Source: an uncultured Rhodospirillales bacterium (lineage in GTDB: Bacteria; Pseudomonadota; Alphaproteobacteria; Rhodospirillales; JAPHRK01). Taken from it: a DNA stretch of 64,000 bases. The number at the start of each line of letters is the position of its first letter. Position 1 is the first letter of the stretch. The position numbers and the translations under genes were made by a program. The DNA lies in contig CBDUMN010000003.1 of assembly GCA_965368335.1 (NCBI GenBank), forward strand, positions 1,586 to 65,585, read 5' to 3'. A model generated the notes under the pieces. That model had not been told where the DNA came from. It ran no database searches and saw nothing but the letters and a program-made list of their open reading frames with translations. Shown one piece after another: positions 28,259-37,946 of the stretch.

Positions 28259-30040
28259 ATGGAAATTCAACAAAAACTCCAGAACGGCCTGATGCTCCAC
28301 CGTAGCGGCGACAAGAAAGCTGCTGAAACGGCGTACCTCGATGTGATTTCTCAAGACCCTCTTCAGGTCGATGCGCTCCATCTACTTGCAGTATTGCGTC
28401 TTGAAGAAGGGCGGCAAGAAGATGCCCTAGAAAATATCGACAAGGCCCTACAAGTGGACCCGGAGTATCCTGCCGCACGGCTCAATCGGGCGAACATTCT
28501 CATGGCGCTTCATCGTCCTCACGAGGCCATAAGAGAGCTGCAGGAACTGAGCATCGCCAAACCGGATTTATTGGAAGTTTATATTAATCTGGGGAATGCC
28601 TTACTTTCCGTCAAAAAGTTTAACGCCGCCCTTATTGAGTTTGACAAGGCGCTCAAGGTTAACCCCAATCATCCAAATGCACGTATGGGATATGGGCTCG
28701 CCCAAGAAGGGCTGGAACACTATGCCGAAGCCGCCGAGGCGTTTAGGGGTGTCCTCAAACAAATACCCAATGAACCAACCGTGTTGGCGCGATTGGCAAG
28801 CGTCAACGGAGAAATGAGCAACCTAAACGAGGCCTTGCAGTATGCTCTTTCAGCCCTGGCCTTTAACACTAAATCGGCAGAAAATTATTATAACGTCGTT
28901 ATCTATGCTGGTGCGTTGGCCGAAAAAGGCGACCCAGCCGGACATCAAGCCCTTCAAAGCCTAGAGAACATCACCAAACCCGAAAGCCCCTTAACCAAGG
29001 CGGCTGAAAAACTCATGGTTTTCTATCAAGGACGGAAATCCCCTCAGGTAAAAATAATCAAGGCGTTAGGCGAAACATTTTCTGAGGAACAGCCAACCAC
29101 GCTTACGATTGAACAAGCCGAAGTGGTGAATGATCAATGGTACGTTATTAAGGATGATGTTCTTTACATAGACCCCCACGCTCATATCCGAGAAACGGAG
29201 CAGCAACCAACCGTGACCCTGCATCCTGGGGGAAAAGCGGTTTTATCCGAAGCCCCCCCTAAGCGCAGAAGCATTGATGAGCCGGTATTCCTCATGGGGG
29301 GATGTGGGAATTACTATCACTGGATTATCGATCATCTGCCAAATCTTATGGCGCTCGAGCAAGCGAATTTATCCAAACAACCACTTATTCTTCTTCATCA
29401 CGACCCATCACCAAATCAGCTGGAAGCTCTTACTTTGTTGGGTATCGACAAAGAAAGACTATGCTTCTTCTCCGACGCGGAAATTTTAGAATGCAGCCAA
29501 CTGTTGCTGCCTTATCTACCCGACAGGCGTCCCAACAAATGGGATGAAAAAAACTGGTGGTGGCAAACGACCGCAACACCCAAGGTTAGCGCATGGCTCA
29601 AAGAACGTTTTGCGCCAACACCAAAGACGGATGCCGCTGAAAAAATTTTTATAAGCCGGAGTACGGCAAAAACACGCCGTGTCGTTAACGAAGCGGAAAT
29701 AGCCAACTTAGCAAAAGCCGCGGGCTACAGGATTGTTGAGCCCGGCATGATGAGCTTTAAAGAACAAGTCTCCATTTTTTCCGCCGCTAAGAAAATTGTA
29801 GCCCCGCATGGTGCAGGATTAACAAACATGGTCTTTGCCCCCGATGGCGTTGAAGTAGTTGAGTTCGTCGGTGAGATTGCTCCTCCTGAATTCTTTGAGG
29901 CGTTGGCAAAAACAAAGAATGCCGCTTATCAGAGAGTAACCTGCAGGCTCAGCGATGGCTTTTCGTCATATCGAAAGCGAGACAACCGGTTCAATGACTT
30001 CATCATTGATCCTGAGGAAGCAAGAAGCGTTTTCACGTAG
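28259..30040 (+). CDS. TPR-repeat protein fused to a GT61/DUF563-type glycosyltransferase
   Basis: The N-terminal ~230 aa are TPR-like (AETAYLDVISQDPLQVDALHLLAVL...). The C-terminal half has GT61/DUF563 hallmarks GNYYHWIIDHLPNL and FISRSTAKTRRVVNEAEI...QVSIFSAAKKIVAPHGAGLTNMVF. Confidence 0.7.
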   Translation: MEIQQKLQNGLMLHRSGDKKAAETAYLDVISQDPLQVDALHLLAVLRLEEGRQEDALENIDKALQVDPEYPAARLNRANILMALHRPHEAIRELQELSIAKPDLLEVYINLGNALLSVKKFNAALIEFDKALKVNPNHPNARMGYGLAQEGLEHYAEAAEAFRGVLKQIPNEPTVLARLASVNGEMSNLNEALQYALSALAFNTKSAENYYNVVIYAGALAEKGDPAGHQALQSLENITKPESPLTKAAEKLMVFYQGRKSPQVKIIKALGETFSEEQPTTLTIEQAEVVNDQWYVIKDDVLYIDPHAHIRETEQQPTVTLHPGGKAVLSEAPPKRRSIDEPVFLMGGCGNYYHWIIDHLPNLMALEQANLSKQPLILLHHDPSPNQLEALTLLGIDKERLCFFSDAEILECSQLLLPYLPDRRPNKWDEKNWWWQTTATPKVSAWLKERFAPTPKTDAAEKIFISRSTAKTRRVVNEAEIANLAKAAGYRIVEPGMMSFKEQVSIFSAAKKIVAPHGAGLTNMVFAPDGVEVVEFVGEIAPPEFFEALAKTKNAAYQRVTCRLSDGFSSYRKRDNRFNDFIIDPEEARSVFT

Positions 30041-30087
30041 TCATGCTGGTTGCCCGGCAAGACACTTTATTAAGTAAGGAGAGCTCT

Positions 30088-31467
30088 ATGCCTCATTTGC
30101 TATCGGCCCCAACAACGGTGAATTTAGAACTCACGGAAATCTGCAATGTCAAATGCGATCATTGCTACAACTATTGGCGCGACGAAAGCATGGGCGAAAT
30201 CTCGCTTGATGGCGAAAGACTAGAGCGTGTCATTGACAACTTGGCGAAGGCTGGGGTTTTCCATGTCATCCTGAGCGGCGGGGAGCCAATGGCGAAATTC
30301 CCCTTGTTGCTGCAAGCCGTTGAGCGGTTGAATAGCCACGGGATGTCATTAAGCGTCAATAGCAATGTCATGCTGCTCACGCCGGAAAGAGCTTCCCAGC
30401 TTGTTGAAAGGGGCGTTGACCATATCCTGACCAGTTTGCCGTCACTCGATCCGGCGACCAATGATCGAATTATGAATAAAGTTGGAGCTTTCGAGAAAAT
30501 CGTAACAGGCATTACAAATGCGGTAGACGCAGGCATCCGCATCAGCGTCAACATGGTCATTACGAAGAAGAACTATCAAGACGTCTACAAAACCGCGAAA
30601 TTCGTAGCCAATCTAGGCGCACAACGTATTTTCATCACCCGTTCAGTGCCCCCGATATATACGGAAACAGTGTCCGACGACGAATACGACATGACGCCAG
30701 AGGAAGTTCGCTCGGCGCTCGACAGCGCCATCCAGGCGCGTGACGAGTTCGGCATCATGATCGGAACCCTGGTCAGCTACCCGCTTTGTTTCCTGAGCGA
30801 TTTAGAAAAATACAAAGACTTTGTCGGACGCGGTTGCCCGGCACAGCGCGGCGATCGGATGAGCATTAACGCCAATGGTGCGGTTCACGCCTGCGTCCAT
30901 GAAGAAGATGGTTACGGCAATATTCTGGAAAATGATATACGCGACATTTACCAAAACAGCATGCGCAAATGGCACGGAGGAAACCTCCACTACGATGGCT
31001 GCGAAGGGTGCGAATATATCGATGTTTGCGAATCTGGTTGTCGCATGAATGCACTGGGCCGCGAAGGCGCAATGAATCTTAAAGACCCACTGTATCAAGG
31101 ACCTACTCACTTCAAGCGCCATTTCAAGTTCGACCAAAACGACGACTCCATTACGCTGATCGAAGAGAATCAGGCATTCACGGTCCCTTCCCGGCTCAGA
31201 TTCCGGAAAGAAAACGATTTTTACTTGGTGAATATTCGATGGGGCAATTCGATCACCCTTGATAATGAAACGACCGAATTCCTGATAGCCCATCAGGAAA
31301 GCGGTGAAGCATTTACGCTAAATGACCTCGGAGAAACCAAAGCTAAGATTTTGCGCAATCTGTATTTCAAGGATGTCATTGAAACCAAGGACAGCCAGCC
31401 AACAGATAGCAACAAGGCGTTTCTCGGCCTCAGCCTTAATCCAGATGCACTAAAAACAGGGACCTAG
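30088..31467 (+). CDS. radical SAM / SPASM-domain enzyme
   Basis: AAGGAGAG RBS before ATG 30088. The CxxxCxxC motif is ICNVKCDHCYN. The C-terminal Cys-rich SPASM-like region is GCPAQRGDRMSINANGAVHACVHE...CEGCEYIDVCESGCRMN. Confidence 0.8.
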   Translation: MPHLLSAPTTVNLELTEICNVKCDHCYNYWRDESMGEISLDGERLERVIDNLAKAGVFHVILSGGEPMAKFPLLLQAVERLNSHGMSLSVNSNVMLLTPERASQLVERGVDHILTSLPSLDPATNDRIMNKVGAFEKIVTGITNAVDAGIRISVNMVITKKNYQDVYKTAKFVANLGAQRIFITRSVPPIYTETVSDDEYDMTPEEVRSALDSAIQARDEFGIMIGTLVSYPLCFLSDLEKYKDFVGRGCPAQRGDRMSINANGAVHACVHEEDGYGNILENDIRDIYQNSMRKWHGGNLHYDGCEGCEYIDVCESGCRMNALGREGAMNLKDPLYQGPTHFKRHFKFDQNDDSITLIEENQAFTVPSRLRFRKENDFYLVNIRWGNSITLDNETTEFLIAHQESGEAFTLNDLGETKAKILRNLYFKDVIETKDSQPTDSNKAFLGLSLNPDALKTGT

Positions 31468-31480
31468 CCCTATTAAAAAG

Positions 31481-31498
31481 CTAGGGTCAGAACCCTAG
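31481..31498. terminator. short hairpin between convergent operons
   Basis: CTAGGGT-CAGA-ACCCTAG lies between the radical SAM stop (31467) and the galE-like stop, which it overlaps. No obvious U-tract. Confidence 0.35.
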
Positions 31499-32472
31499 GA
31501 ACGGTTACCTTTTTCCAACCAGTCTGAGGCTGTTCGGATAATCGCTTCAAGGTCTGAGTTCGGGTGTCTAAAATTCAGCACGCGTTTGACCTTGTCTGGC
31601 TCGGCAATGAGACAAGCGGGGTCGCCAGGGCGGCGGGGCTTCACAACCGTTCTGACATTTTTACCCGTCACCTTTTCGACCGCGGCAATGACTTCCTTCA
31701 CGGAATGGCCAATGCCGGTGCCTAGATTGTAAGGAGAAAATTCCGGTGTATCTCGAAAACTTTCTAAAGCCGTGACATGGACGGTCGCCAGATCGCTTAC
31801 ATGCACATAATCGCGCACACAACTACCATCAGGCGTCGGATAATCATCACCATAAATTTCCACAACCGTGCCATTGATGGCCGCTTCGAGGATACGGGGG
31901 ATCAGGTGCGGCTCGGGATCATGAGCCTCCCCGACGTCTAAATCCGGGTCGGCCCCAGCAGCATTGAAATAGCGAAGCACAGCGGCTGAAATTCCCTCCG
32001 CCTTGACCATATCCTCAATGATCCGCTCACATGTCACCTTACTCATGCCATAAGGTGAAATTGGGTTGAGCGGCAGGCCCTCATCAATTGAGGTTGCGTT
32101 TTGGTCGCCAAAAATAGTGCAACTACTGGAAAAAACGATCTTCCGAACCCCAGTTTGCTGCATGGCTCGGGCCAATGAGATCATCCCCCCCACATTATTG
32201 TTATAGTAGAGCAAAGGCTGCTCGTTGGACTCTCCTACATAGGCAAATGAGGCGAAATGCATGACGCCTTCGACGCCATATTCGGTCATCACAGCCGCCA
32301 AACGCCCCTCATCGAGGATATCGCCTTCCTCTAACGGCCCCCAACGAACCGCCCAAGCATTTCCTCGGCACAGATTGTCATAGGTCACGGGCACATAACC
32401 GGCCGATGCAAGCGCTTTACAAGCATGGCTACCTATGTAGCCCGCGCCCCCGGTTACCAGGACCGACTTCAT
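31495..32472 (-). CDS. galE: UDP-glucose/UDP-hexose 4-epimerase (GalE family)
   Basis: VLVTGGAGYIGSHACKAL start, YGMSK YxxxK, and GalE-like motifs throughout (DYPTPDGSCVRDYVHVSDLA). Confidence 0.9.
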   Translation of the reverse strand: MKSVLVTGGAGYIGSHACKALASAGYVPVTYDNLCRGNAWAVRWGPLEEGDILDEGRLAAVMTEYGVEGVMHFASFAYVGESNEQPLLYYNNNVGGMISLARAMQQTGVRKIVFSSSCTIFGDQNATSIDEGLPLNPISPYGMSKVTCERIIEDMVKAEGISAAVLRYFNAAGADPDLDVGEAHDPEPHLIPRILEAAINGTVVEIYGDDYPTPDGSCVRDYVHVSDLATVHVTALESFRDTPEFSPYNLGTGIGHSVKEVIAAVEKVTGKNVRTVVKPRRPGDPACLIAEPDKVKRVLNFRHPNSDLEAIIRTASDWLEKGNRS

Positions 32473-33692
32473 TTTTCCGCCTTCCTTTTATCTGCAATAT
32501 CTTCAATAGCCTTCAAAATCGCCGCCTTTGCATCGCCCGGTCGAATAAAATAGTTTAATGGCTTGCCCCATCGATTCGCCTTGAAAACCCCCGTGTCCCG
32601 ATAGGTGGAGATCACCTCTTCCAATTCATCAAGCTCATCGACAACCCGCAATAAAGGGGATTTGATTTTTGGAAAACGATCAAAAAGCTTCGGCATCCGA
32701 TAAGTTACCACCGGCTTGCCATTGGCTAGAGCATTGAGAAACGTTGATGATGTCAACGTCACCACCATATCGACATTCTGATAGGTCTCATCAGTGATCA
32801 ACCGGGAGGAATCCAGGCGCATATATGCGCCAAAGTGATATTCCACATGGTTCCGTATTTCTTCGCTCTCTGACGGATGAAACTTATAGATGGGCGTGAA
32901 AGACGCCAAAGTCAGGATGAATGGCGGGTAGTGCTTTTGCCAATCCTGCATCCTCATTTTTCTTTGCCTGACAAAATTTTGGTCGGGATAAAAAACACTA
33001 AAGATTTCAGGATTTTCTCTTCTCTTAATTTTTGACGAAAACACCCGCTTATCAATCAGCAAAGAGCCGACGATATGGATGTTCTTCTTCGGCACACCGT
33101 AGAGCAAACGCATGGTTTCCTCCGCCGACTTGCCAAAGAGAAAAACGTAGTCGGGATGTGTTTTGCCAAAAGGCTGGGAGCGGTGAATTTGGTTTGCGAC
33201 AAAAAACTTCAAAGAATCGGGAAAATAGCCGAATAGAAGACAAAACCGACGGACAAGAGGATACCACCAGGGGGAAAACTCGGGCTGCGGCTCAAATCCA
33301 TGGAAACCATCCTGAACGGTCATGGTCTTCAGCCCTAACTCTCGCGCTATTCGTCCTAACGGAGCTGCTTTGAGGGTGCCATCATTAAAAGTCAGGAATA
33401 AATCACCATCCGCCATCAGCAAACGGGCTTTTTCACAAGCTAGGTCGATGCAGGCATCCAGATAGCTTTTTCGTATTCCTTTCGCTTTGAGAGCGGCGAC
33501 TGTTTCATCCAGCTTTTCATCCAACTCGACAAAAGTTACGCCAATCTCCCTCGCTTTATCGATCACCCCGCCAACATCGATCTTGGGGGTGATAAAAAGG
33601 ACAAGCTCATACCCTTTGGCCTGAAACTCAGGAAGCAAAACGCCCAGGTGGGCAACCTGGTTACTTGCCTCGCAGTATGAATATATCTTCAT
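32469..33692 (-). CDS. hypothetical protein, possibly a GT-B-fold glycosyl- or glycerophospho-transferase-like enzyme
   Basis: 407-aa ORF coupled by ATGA to galE. Only weak resemblance was seen by eye (two Rossmann-like halves; KFHPSESEE; LTSSTFLNALANGKPVV). No firm motif. Confidence 0.3.
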   Translation of the reverse strand: MKIYSYCEASNQVAHLGVLLPEFQAKGYELVLFITPKIDVGGVIDKAREIGVTFVELDEKLDETVAALKAKGIRKSYLDACIDLACEKARLLMADGDLFLTFNDGTLKAAPLGRIARELGLKTMTVQDGFHGFEPQPEFSPWWYPLVRRFCLLFGYFPDSLKFFVANQIHRSQPFGKTHPDYVFLFGKSAEETMRLLYGVPKKNIHIVGSLLIDKRVFSSKIKRRENPEIFSVFYPDQNFVRQRKMRMQDWQKHYPPFILTLASFTPIYKFHPSESEEIRNHVEYHFGAYMRLDSSRLITDETYQNVDMVVTLTSSTFLNALANGKPVVTYRMPKLFDRFPKIKSPLLRVVDELDELEEVISTYRDTGVFKANRWGKPLNYFIRPGDAKAAILKAIEDIADKRKAEK

Positions 33693-33710
33693 CGCCCGAA
33701 AAACTTCTTT

Positions 33711-34367
33711 CTATGGTTTGACTAAGTAGGAAATGGCATTGGAATAGGGGAGCTTCTCGACAATGATTTTCGTTTTTTCGAGAAATTCCTCAATCGCCTT
33801 GTTTGCTCCAGGAAAAGCGCCATAGTCATCCAAAATAACGATGCCCCCCCGAACCACATGATCAAATAAATTTTCCAGGCAAGCCTTGGTCGGCTCATAC
33901 AGATCCACATCAATATGCAGGAGAGAAATGCGAAGGGCTGGATTCTCCTCTAAAAAAGCCGGAAGCGTTTCGCGCAAATCTCCCGCAATAAGGTCAATGT
34001 TCGTATTGAGCCCCACCTTATCCAAACAGTTGCGCATATCTTCAATTGAGATACTCAGATCCCCCGCCTCAGAAACAAACCGTTGGCGCACCTCAACATC
34101 GGCCTCAAATTCAGCATCGGGAAATTTCCCAAAAGTATCAAACCCAATGATACGGCGACTTTTCGGATTCTCAAAAAGAGCTCGGAATTTAACCAGGCGA
34201 GAAAACGACGCCCCTTTAAAAACGCCACACTCAACGACTTCGCCCGGCAAATGACTGATCCGACGGTAAAGGTCCATATGGGTAGCAAACTTGCTAAAGC
34301 GTTCGACCGGGGCGGTTAAATAATATCCATTCTCGTAATCAAACTGTTTTTCAAAATCATAATCCAT
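33711..34367 (-). CDS. TylF/MycF-family (macrocin-type) sugar O-methyltransferase
   Basis: GEVVECGVFKGASFSRL SAM-binding motif and GGIVILDDYGAFPGANKAIEEF. The 218-aa size is typical. Confidence 0.75.
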   Translation of the reverse strand: MDYDFEKQFDYENGYYLTAPVERFSKFATHMDLYRRISHLPGEVVECGVFKGASFSRLVKFRALFENPKSRRIIGFDTFGKFPDAEFEADVEVRQRFVSEAGDLSISIEDMRNCLDKVGLNTNIDLIAGDLRETLPAFLEENPALRISLLHIDVDLYEPTKACLENLFDHVVRGGIVILDDYGAFPGANKAIEEFLEKTKIIVEKLPYSNAISYLVKP

Positions 34368-34421
34368 TTTCTGCCACCCGTTGCTTTATCACTTAAAAAC
34401 CAATCTTAACCCCATTCCATT

Positions 34422-35639
34422 TCATGAAGATTTACTTTGATATTTCTCCATGACTGATCGATAGAGCGATGGCGTCAAACTAAGGGGGCGTTTCCCATCT
34501 AACTCCGCCTGAGCAATGTAAACAGCTAGTGAGGCTTCATGGCGCGCATAATACTCTTCATTGTCAGCCTGAACCAACCCGCCATGAGATCTTCCAATTG
34601 TGTCGTGCTCGGCCGCTCTATGCGAAGCCCACATGGCGCTTGCCCCCTTTTCACGGCCATCTAAACCGGCTAGCAGCAACATCCGCCCCAGACTACAGGC
34701 GACAGGGAATGCCACCGATGTTGTGACATTCCAAGCATCGACACAAACAAACTCTCGGGTGAGGTCTAGGTTAACGCGGGCGGGAGGGAACCCCTCAAAC
34801 CGAGTCGGCACCCCAACCATTTTTTGATGTAAATTTTTTGGCGTATCTTGAAGGAAGTACCGCAGGTACTGAATTTGCGTCACAAAAAGGCGATTTTCAC
34901 GACTTAAGAAATCAGCCAAAACTCTTCGATAATTGCCGCCGTATCGGGAAACTCCGCAGAAGTAAGGATCACCGATCACCGCAACAACCGGCCCCACATG
35001 GTTCAAAATATGCTCTTGTCCAATCAGCGTATTGGGCACCACCAAGGTGGTGTTGTGAAATTTACTTAAATCGATTGTTTCGCAGCTATGCCCTGGAGCG
35101 AGAAGTAAGCTGGCCTCAATCCCCTGTTCTTGAAGCTTTTTAATGAAATGGGAAAAATAAACACGCGACACCCCCTCTTCACGCTTTGCCGGAAAGACCT
35201 TGGCAAAAGTTTCGGGCAATTCCGCAGCCTCAAATACATTGGCTTCGGTATCAATAATGACTTTATGGACTTCCTTGCGCTTCACTGCGAGTTCCAACGC
35301 AGGATAACGTTTTAGGACCAATTCGGCGGCACTGTGATCAACACAAATGATCACTGCCGCTTCCTCTAACCGACCATCTTGATCGGCGACAAAATCAAAG
35401 ATTTCCCAATTGGCGTTCAGGGTATCTATGCAACAGGGATGGAAAGGTTCGGGACAATTCGCCAGAACCTTTTCTTTCAATCTCGGGGCCTCCAAGAGAC
35501 TTTGCGTTACCGGCACGGAAACTTTAAGCCCGGCGCCTGAAAACGGCGCGCAATACCAGGCCAAGCGGTGAAGCACTTCGGCCAATTTCTCTAAACTATC
35601 TAGCGCGGGAAGCACGGAAAGACGGATGGCTTTGCTCAT
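34422..35639 (-). CDS. hypothetical protein (405 aa) inside the nonulosonate operon
   Basis: Long ORF in an operon with short intergenic gaps. No recognisable catalytic motif by eye. The stretch LLLAPGHSCETIDLSKFHNTTLVVPN vaguely recalls the GxGPS region of MptE/Maf-like proteins. Confidence 0.5.
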   Translation of the reverse strand: MSKAIRLSVLPALDSLEKLAEVLHRLAWYCAPFSGAGLKVSVPVTQSLLEAPRLKEKVLANCPEPFHPCCIDTLNANWEIFDFVADQDGRLEEAAVIICVDHSAAELVLKRYPALELAVKRKEVHKVIIDTEANVFEAAELPETFAKVFPAKREEGVSRVYFSHFIKKLQEQGIEASLLLAPGHSCETIDLSKFHNTTLVVPNTLIGQEHILNHVGPVVAVIGDPYFCGVSRYGGNYRRVLADFLSRENRLFVTQIQYLRYFLQDTPKNLHQKMVGVPTRFEGFPPARVNLDLTREFVCVDAWNVTTSVAFPVACSLGRMLLLAGLDGREKGASAMWASHRAAEHDTIGRSHGGLVQADNEEYYARHEASLAVYIAQAELDGKRPLSLTPSLYRSVMEKYQSKSS

Positions 35640-35661
35640 TGGACCGCTCTACACCATCATC

Positions 35662-37905
35662 TTAGAACCACTTTTCGAGCCGATTAAGCGCTATGGCGAA
35701 CCCTTCGCCACCGTTTTTATGTCCCTGCCAAATTTCGGGAATAAACGAAGCCGAGGAACAACACTTCTTCACCTGCTTTGCCAAGTGCTCAAAATCAATA
35801 TCTCCATCCCCGATCTGTAGTCCTTCATCATCGACCCCGCGAGCATCGACAAGATGCAAATGTTTTGAGTAAGGCCCTACGGTTTCAATAAATGAAGCAA
35901 ACGACCAGCCAAACTTTGTACAGGCCAATTTAGAATGAGAGGTATCCAAACAAATATTCGTTTCATATGTTTTGCAGAACCACTCGATTTCATCTGGGTC
36001 CATGAATAAGTTGTGGTAACGCTGCCCCCCCATTAACCAAGGAAACGGTGGCATGGTCTGAGGTAAAAGCTCGACCCCTTCGCTATCAACTCGCAAAAAC
36101 CCTTCTGCGACGCGCTCGTACATCTTGCGCCTGTCTGATTCAGGGATAAAACTCTTCTCTGAAAAGCCCCCAACATTGACAATAATGAACGGACGGTCGG
36201 CACGTTTAAAATAGGGCTTCAACGTCCGGGCCACATCGACAACATTTTGCAATTCACGAATGCCTCGCTCCCAAATTGCATTGTCGTCAGAGGCTAGATC
36301 GAGCAAATAATCACGAGCGAAAACCTCCGGGGAATGAACTACTAAATCCATATCCAGAGGCCCGTCCATATAACTTTCGACGGATATATCCATATCCTTG
36401 AAGCTCAGATGGAACTCCAACAAATCTGGTGCGATTTTCTCGAGAAACTGTTTGTAGTCATGGCATCGGACAGGCACGCCCCATGGATGCCTGAACTTAT
36501 AATCATGAAAAACGTTTTGTTCGCCAATGACATCTGCTTCAAAAAAGAAATCTCCAGCCTTGATATCCCGCGTCGCCAAGCTGCCGACCAACTCACTTCG
36601 CCGGTTGGGCTGGATACCGCGCCCCGGGTTCTTGATATCAATAATATCATCGGTGATGACATCACCCTTCGAAACATCACGAGTAGCAACGAGGCTTTTG
36701 GCGAGGATTTCGCGGTTCATCATTTCGCCCTGGCTTAAAACGCGGACAGGCTCACCAATGGAATCTTCAGTCTGCCGAATGGCCTCAACCATCTCCCGAA
36801 ACTCATCAGGCAATAAACTAATTCGATGGTCGTTGCCTTCTAGGGACCGGTCGACCGTAAAATGCTTCTCAACAATTTTTGCCCCTAGCGCAACCGCCGA
36901 AACAGCCACATGAATACCGCGTTCGTGTCCTGAATATCCCACCGGGCATTCACCGATTTCTTTCAAACGTTTTAGGTATGAAAGGTTGATGTCCTTGAAT
37001 GGTGGCGGGTATGCGGAATTGCAATGAAGCAAGGCAAACTGAGCCCCCTGCCTTTGCAGAAGTTTCACGGCATCCTTGATTTCCTGCTCATTCGACATGC
37101 CGGTCGAGACGATCATTGGTTTTTTAGTAGCGGCGACCGCCGCCAAGAGCTCATGGTTTGTCAGATCTGCGGATGCAATTTTATATGCTTGAACCCCCAT
37201 GCCCTCTAAAGCTTGCAAACTTTCCAAATCCCAGGGCGTACAAAGCGGGATAGCCCCACAACGACGGACATAATTCAGCGCCTCAGCCATTTCCTCGTTG
37301 GAAAGCTGGAACCGTGACAACAGGTCAAGCACATATTGCGACCCCAAATCTTCACTTGGGTCATTCGCAGCATCGGCATTGCGATAGAGGCTATCCATAT
37401 GGCGGAGCTGAAATTTAACGCAATCAGCTCCCGCATCGACGGCAAGGTCGATCAGTTCCTTCGCACGTTTCAAGCTGCCATTATGGTTGTTGCCGATTTC
37501 AGCAATAATAAATGCCTTGGAATCATCGGAAATCTCACGCCCTTCAATATTCATGAAGGATGCTTCATCAAAAGCAATCGCGACGAAATGCCCCATTTCA
37601 TTGACCAGGGGGACAAAGTGGATTTTGCTATCTAGTAGATTTCTAATGACCTCGGGGTCCTCATCAACCCCAGCCACAGTGATTTCCTTGGTCATTAAAT
37701 CTGCGACAGAGCGGTTGATATCAACCTGGTCTTCATTCACCACCCAACGCCTAAAATCGCCGTCGGTAAAAACCCCTTCGATGGTCCCTCTCTCCGTTAC
37801 GGCGCAAACAAAACCCTTCTTGTTCTGGCTCATCTTGATGAGAGCTTCCAAAACCGTTGCATGAGCAAGCAACACGAAAGATTCGACATTTGATTGGATA
37901 ATCAT
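35662..37905 (-). CDS. four-module fusion: CBS pair, NeuB-type nonulosonate synthase, SAF domain and xylose-isomerase-like TIM barrel
   Basis: Residues 1-~115 are CBS-like (GFVCAVTERGTIEGVFTDGDFRRWV). From ~130 comes the NeuB signature AFIIAEIGNNHNGSLKRAKELIDLAVDAGADCVKFQ. The SAF domain is LVATRDVSKGDVITDDIIDIKNPGRGI. The last ~280 aa are sugar-phosphate isomerase/epimerase (AP-endonuclease-2 TIM)-like (HLHLVDARGVDDEGLQIGDGDIDFEHLA). Confidence 0.85.
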   Translation of the reverse strand: MIIQSNVESFVLLAHATVLEALIKMSQNKKGFVCAVTERGTIEGVFTDGDFRRWVVNEDQVDINRSVADLMTKEITVAGVDEDPEVIRNLLDSKIHFVPLVNEMGHFVAIAFDEASFMNIEGREISDDSKAFIIAEIGNNHNGSLKRAKELIDLAVDAGADCVKFQLRHMDSLYRNADAANDPSEDLGSQYVLDLLSRFQLSNEEMAEALNYVRRCGAIPLCTPWDLESLQALEGMGVQAYKIASADLTNHELLAAVAATKKPMIVSTGMSNEQEIKDAVKLLQRQGAQFALLHCNSAYPPPFKDINLSYLKRLKEIGECPVGYSGHERGIHVAVSAVALGAKIVEKHFTVDRSLEGNDHRISLLPDEFREMVEAIRQTEDSIGEPVRVLSQGEMMNREILAKSLVATRDVSKGDVITDDIIDIKNPGRGIQPNRRSELVGSLATRDIKAGDFFFEADVIGEQNVFHDYKFRHPWGVPVRCHDYKQFLEKIAPDLLEFHLSFKDMDISVESYMDGPLDMDLVVHSPEVFARDYLLDLASDDNAIWERGIRELQNVVDVARTLKPYFKRADRPFIIVNVGGFSEKSFIPESDRRKMYERVAEGFLRVDSEGVELLPQTMPPFPWLMGGQRYHNLFMDPDEIEWFCKTYETNICLDTSHSKLACTKFGWSFASFIETVGPYSKHLHLVDARGVDDEGLQIGDGDIDFEHLAKQVKKCCSSASFIPEIWQGHKNGGEGFAIALNRLEKWF

Positions 37906-37946
37906 CTGAAATTTCCATTCTAGAGTTCAGAGAAACCGTTCTGATT

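Noticed and set aside
16014-31467. Alternative reading of the whole island as an ordinary LPS O-antigen or capsule locus.
   Set aside because: Not fully excluded for the 16-31 kb operon. However, no Wzx/Wzy/Wzz, ABC exporter, WaaL or initiating phosphoglycosyltransferase genes were seen anywhere in the window. Flagellin-specific transferase families (Maf, FlmG-like) and flagellar regulators are interleaved with the sugar genes.
33367-33381. A correctly spaced sigma54-like element on the minus strand (TGGCAC-CCTCA-AAGC).
   Set aside because: It is located inside the coding sequence of ORF 32469-33692, has a poor -12 region (AAGC), and has no downstream gene start nearby. Most likely chance.
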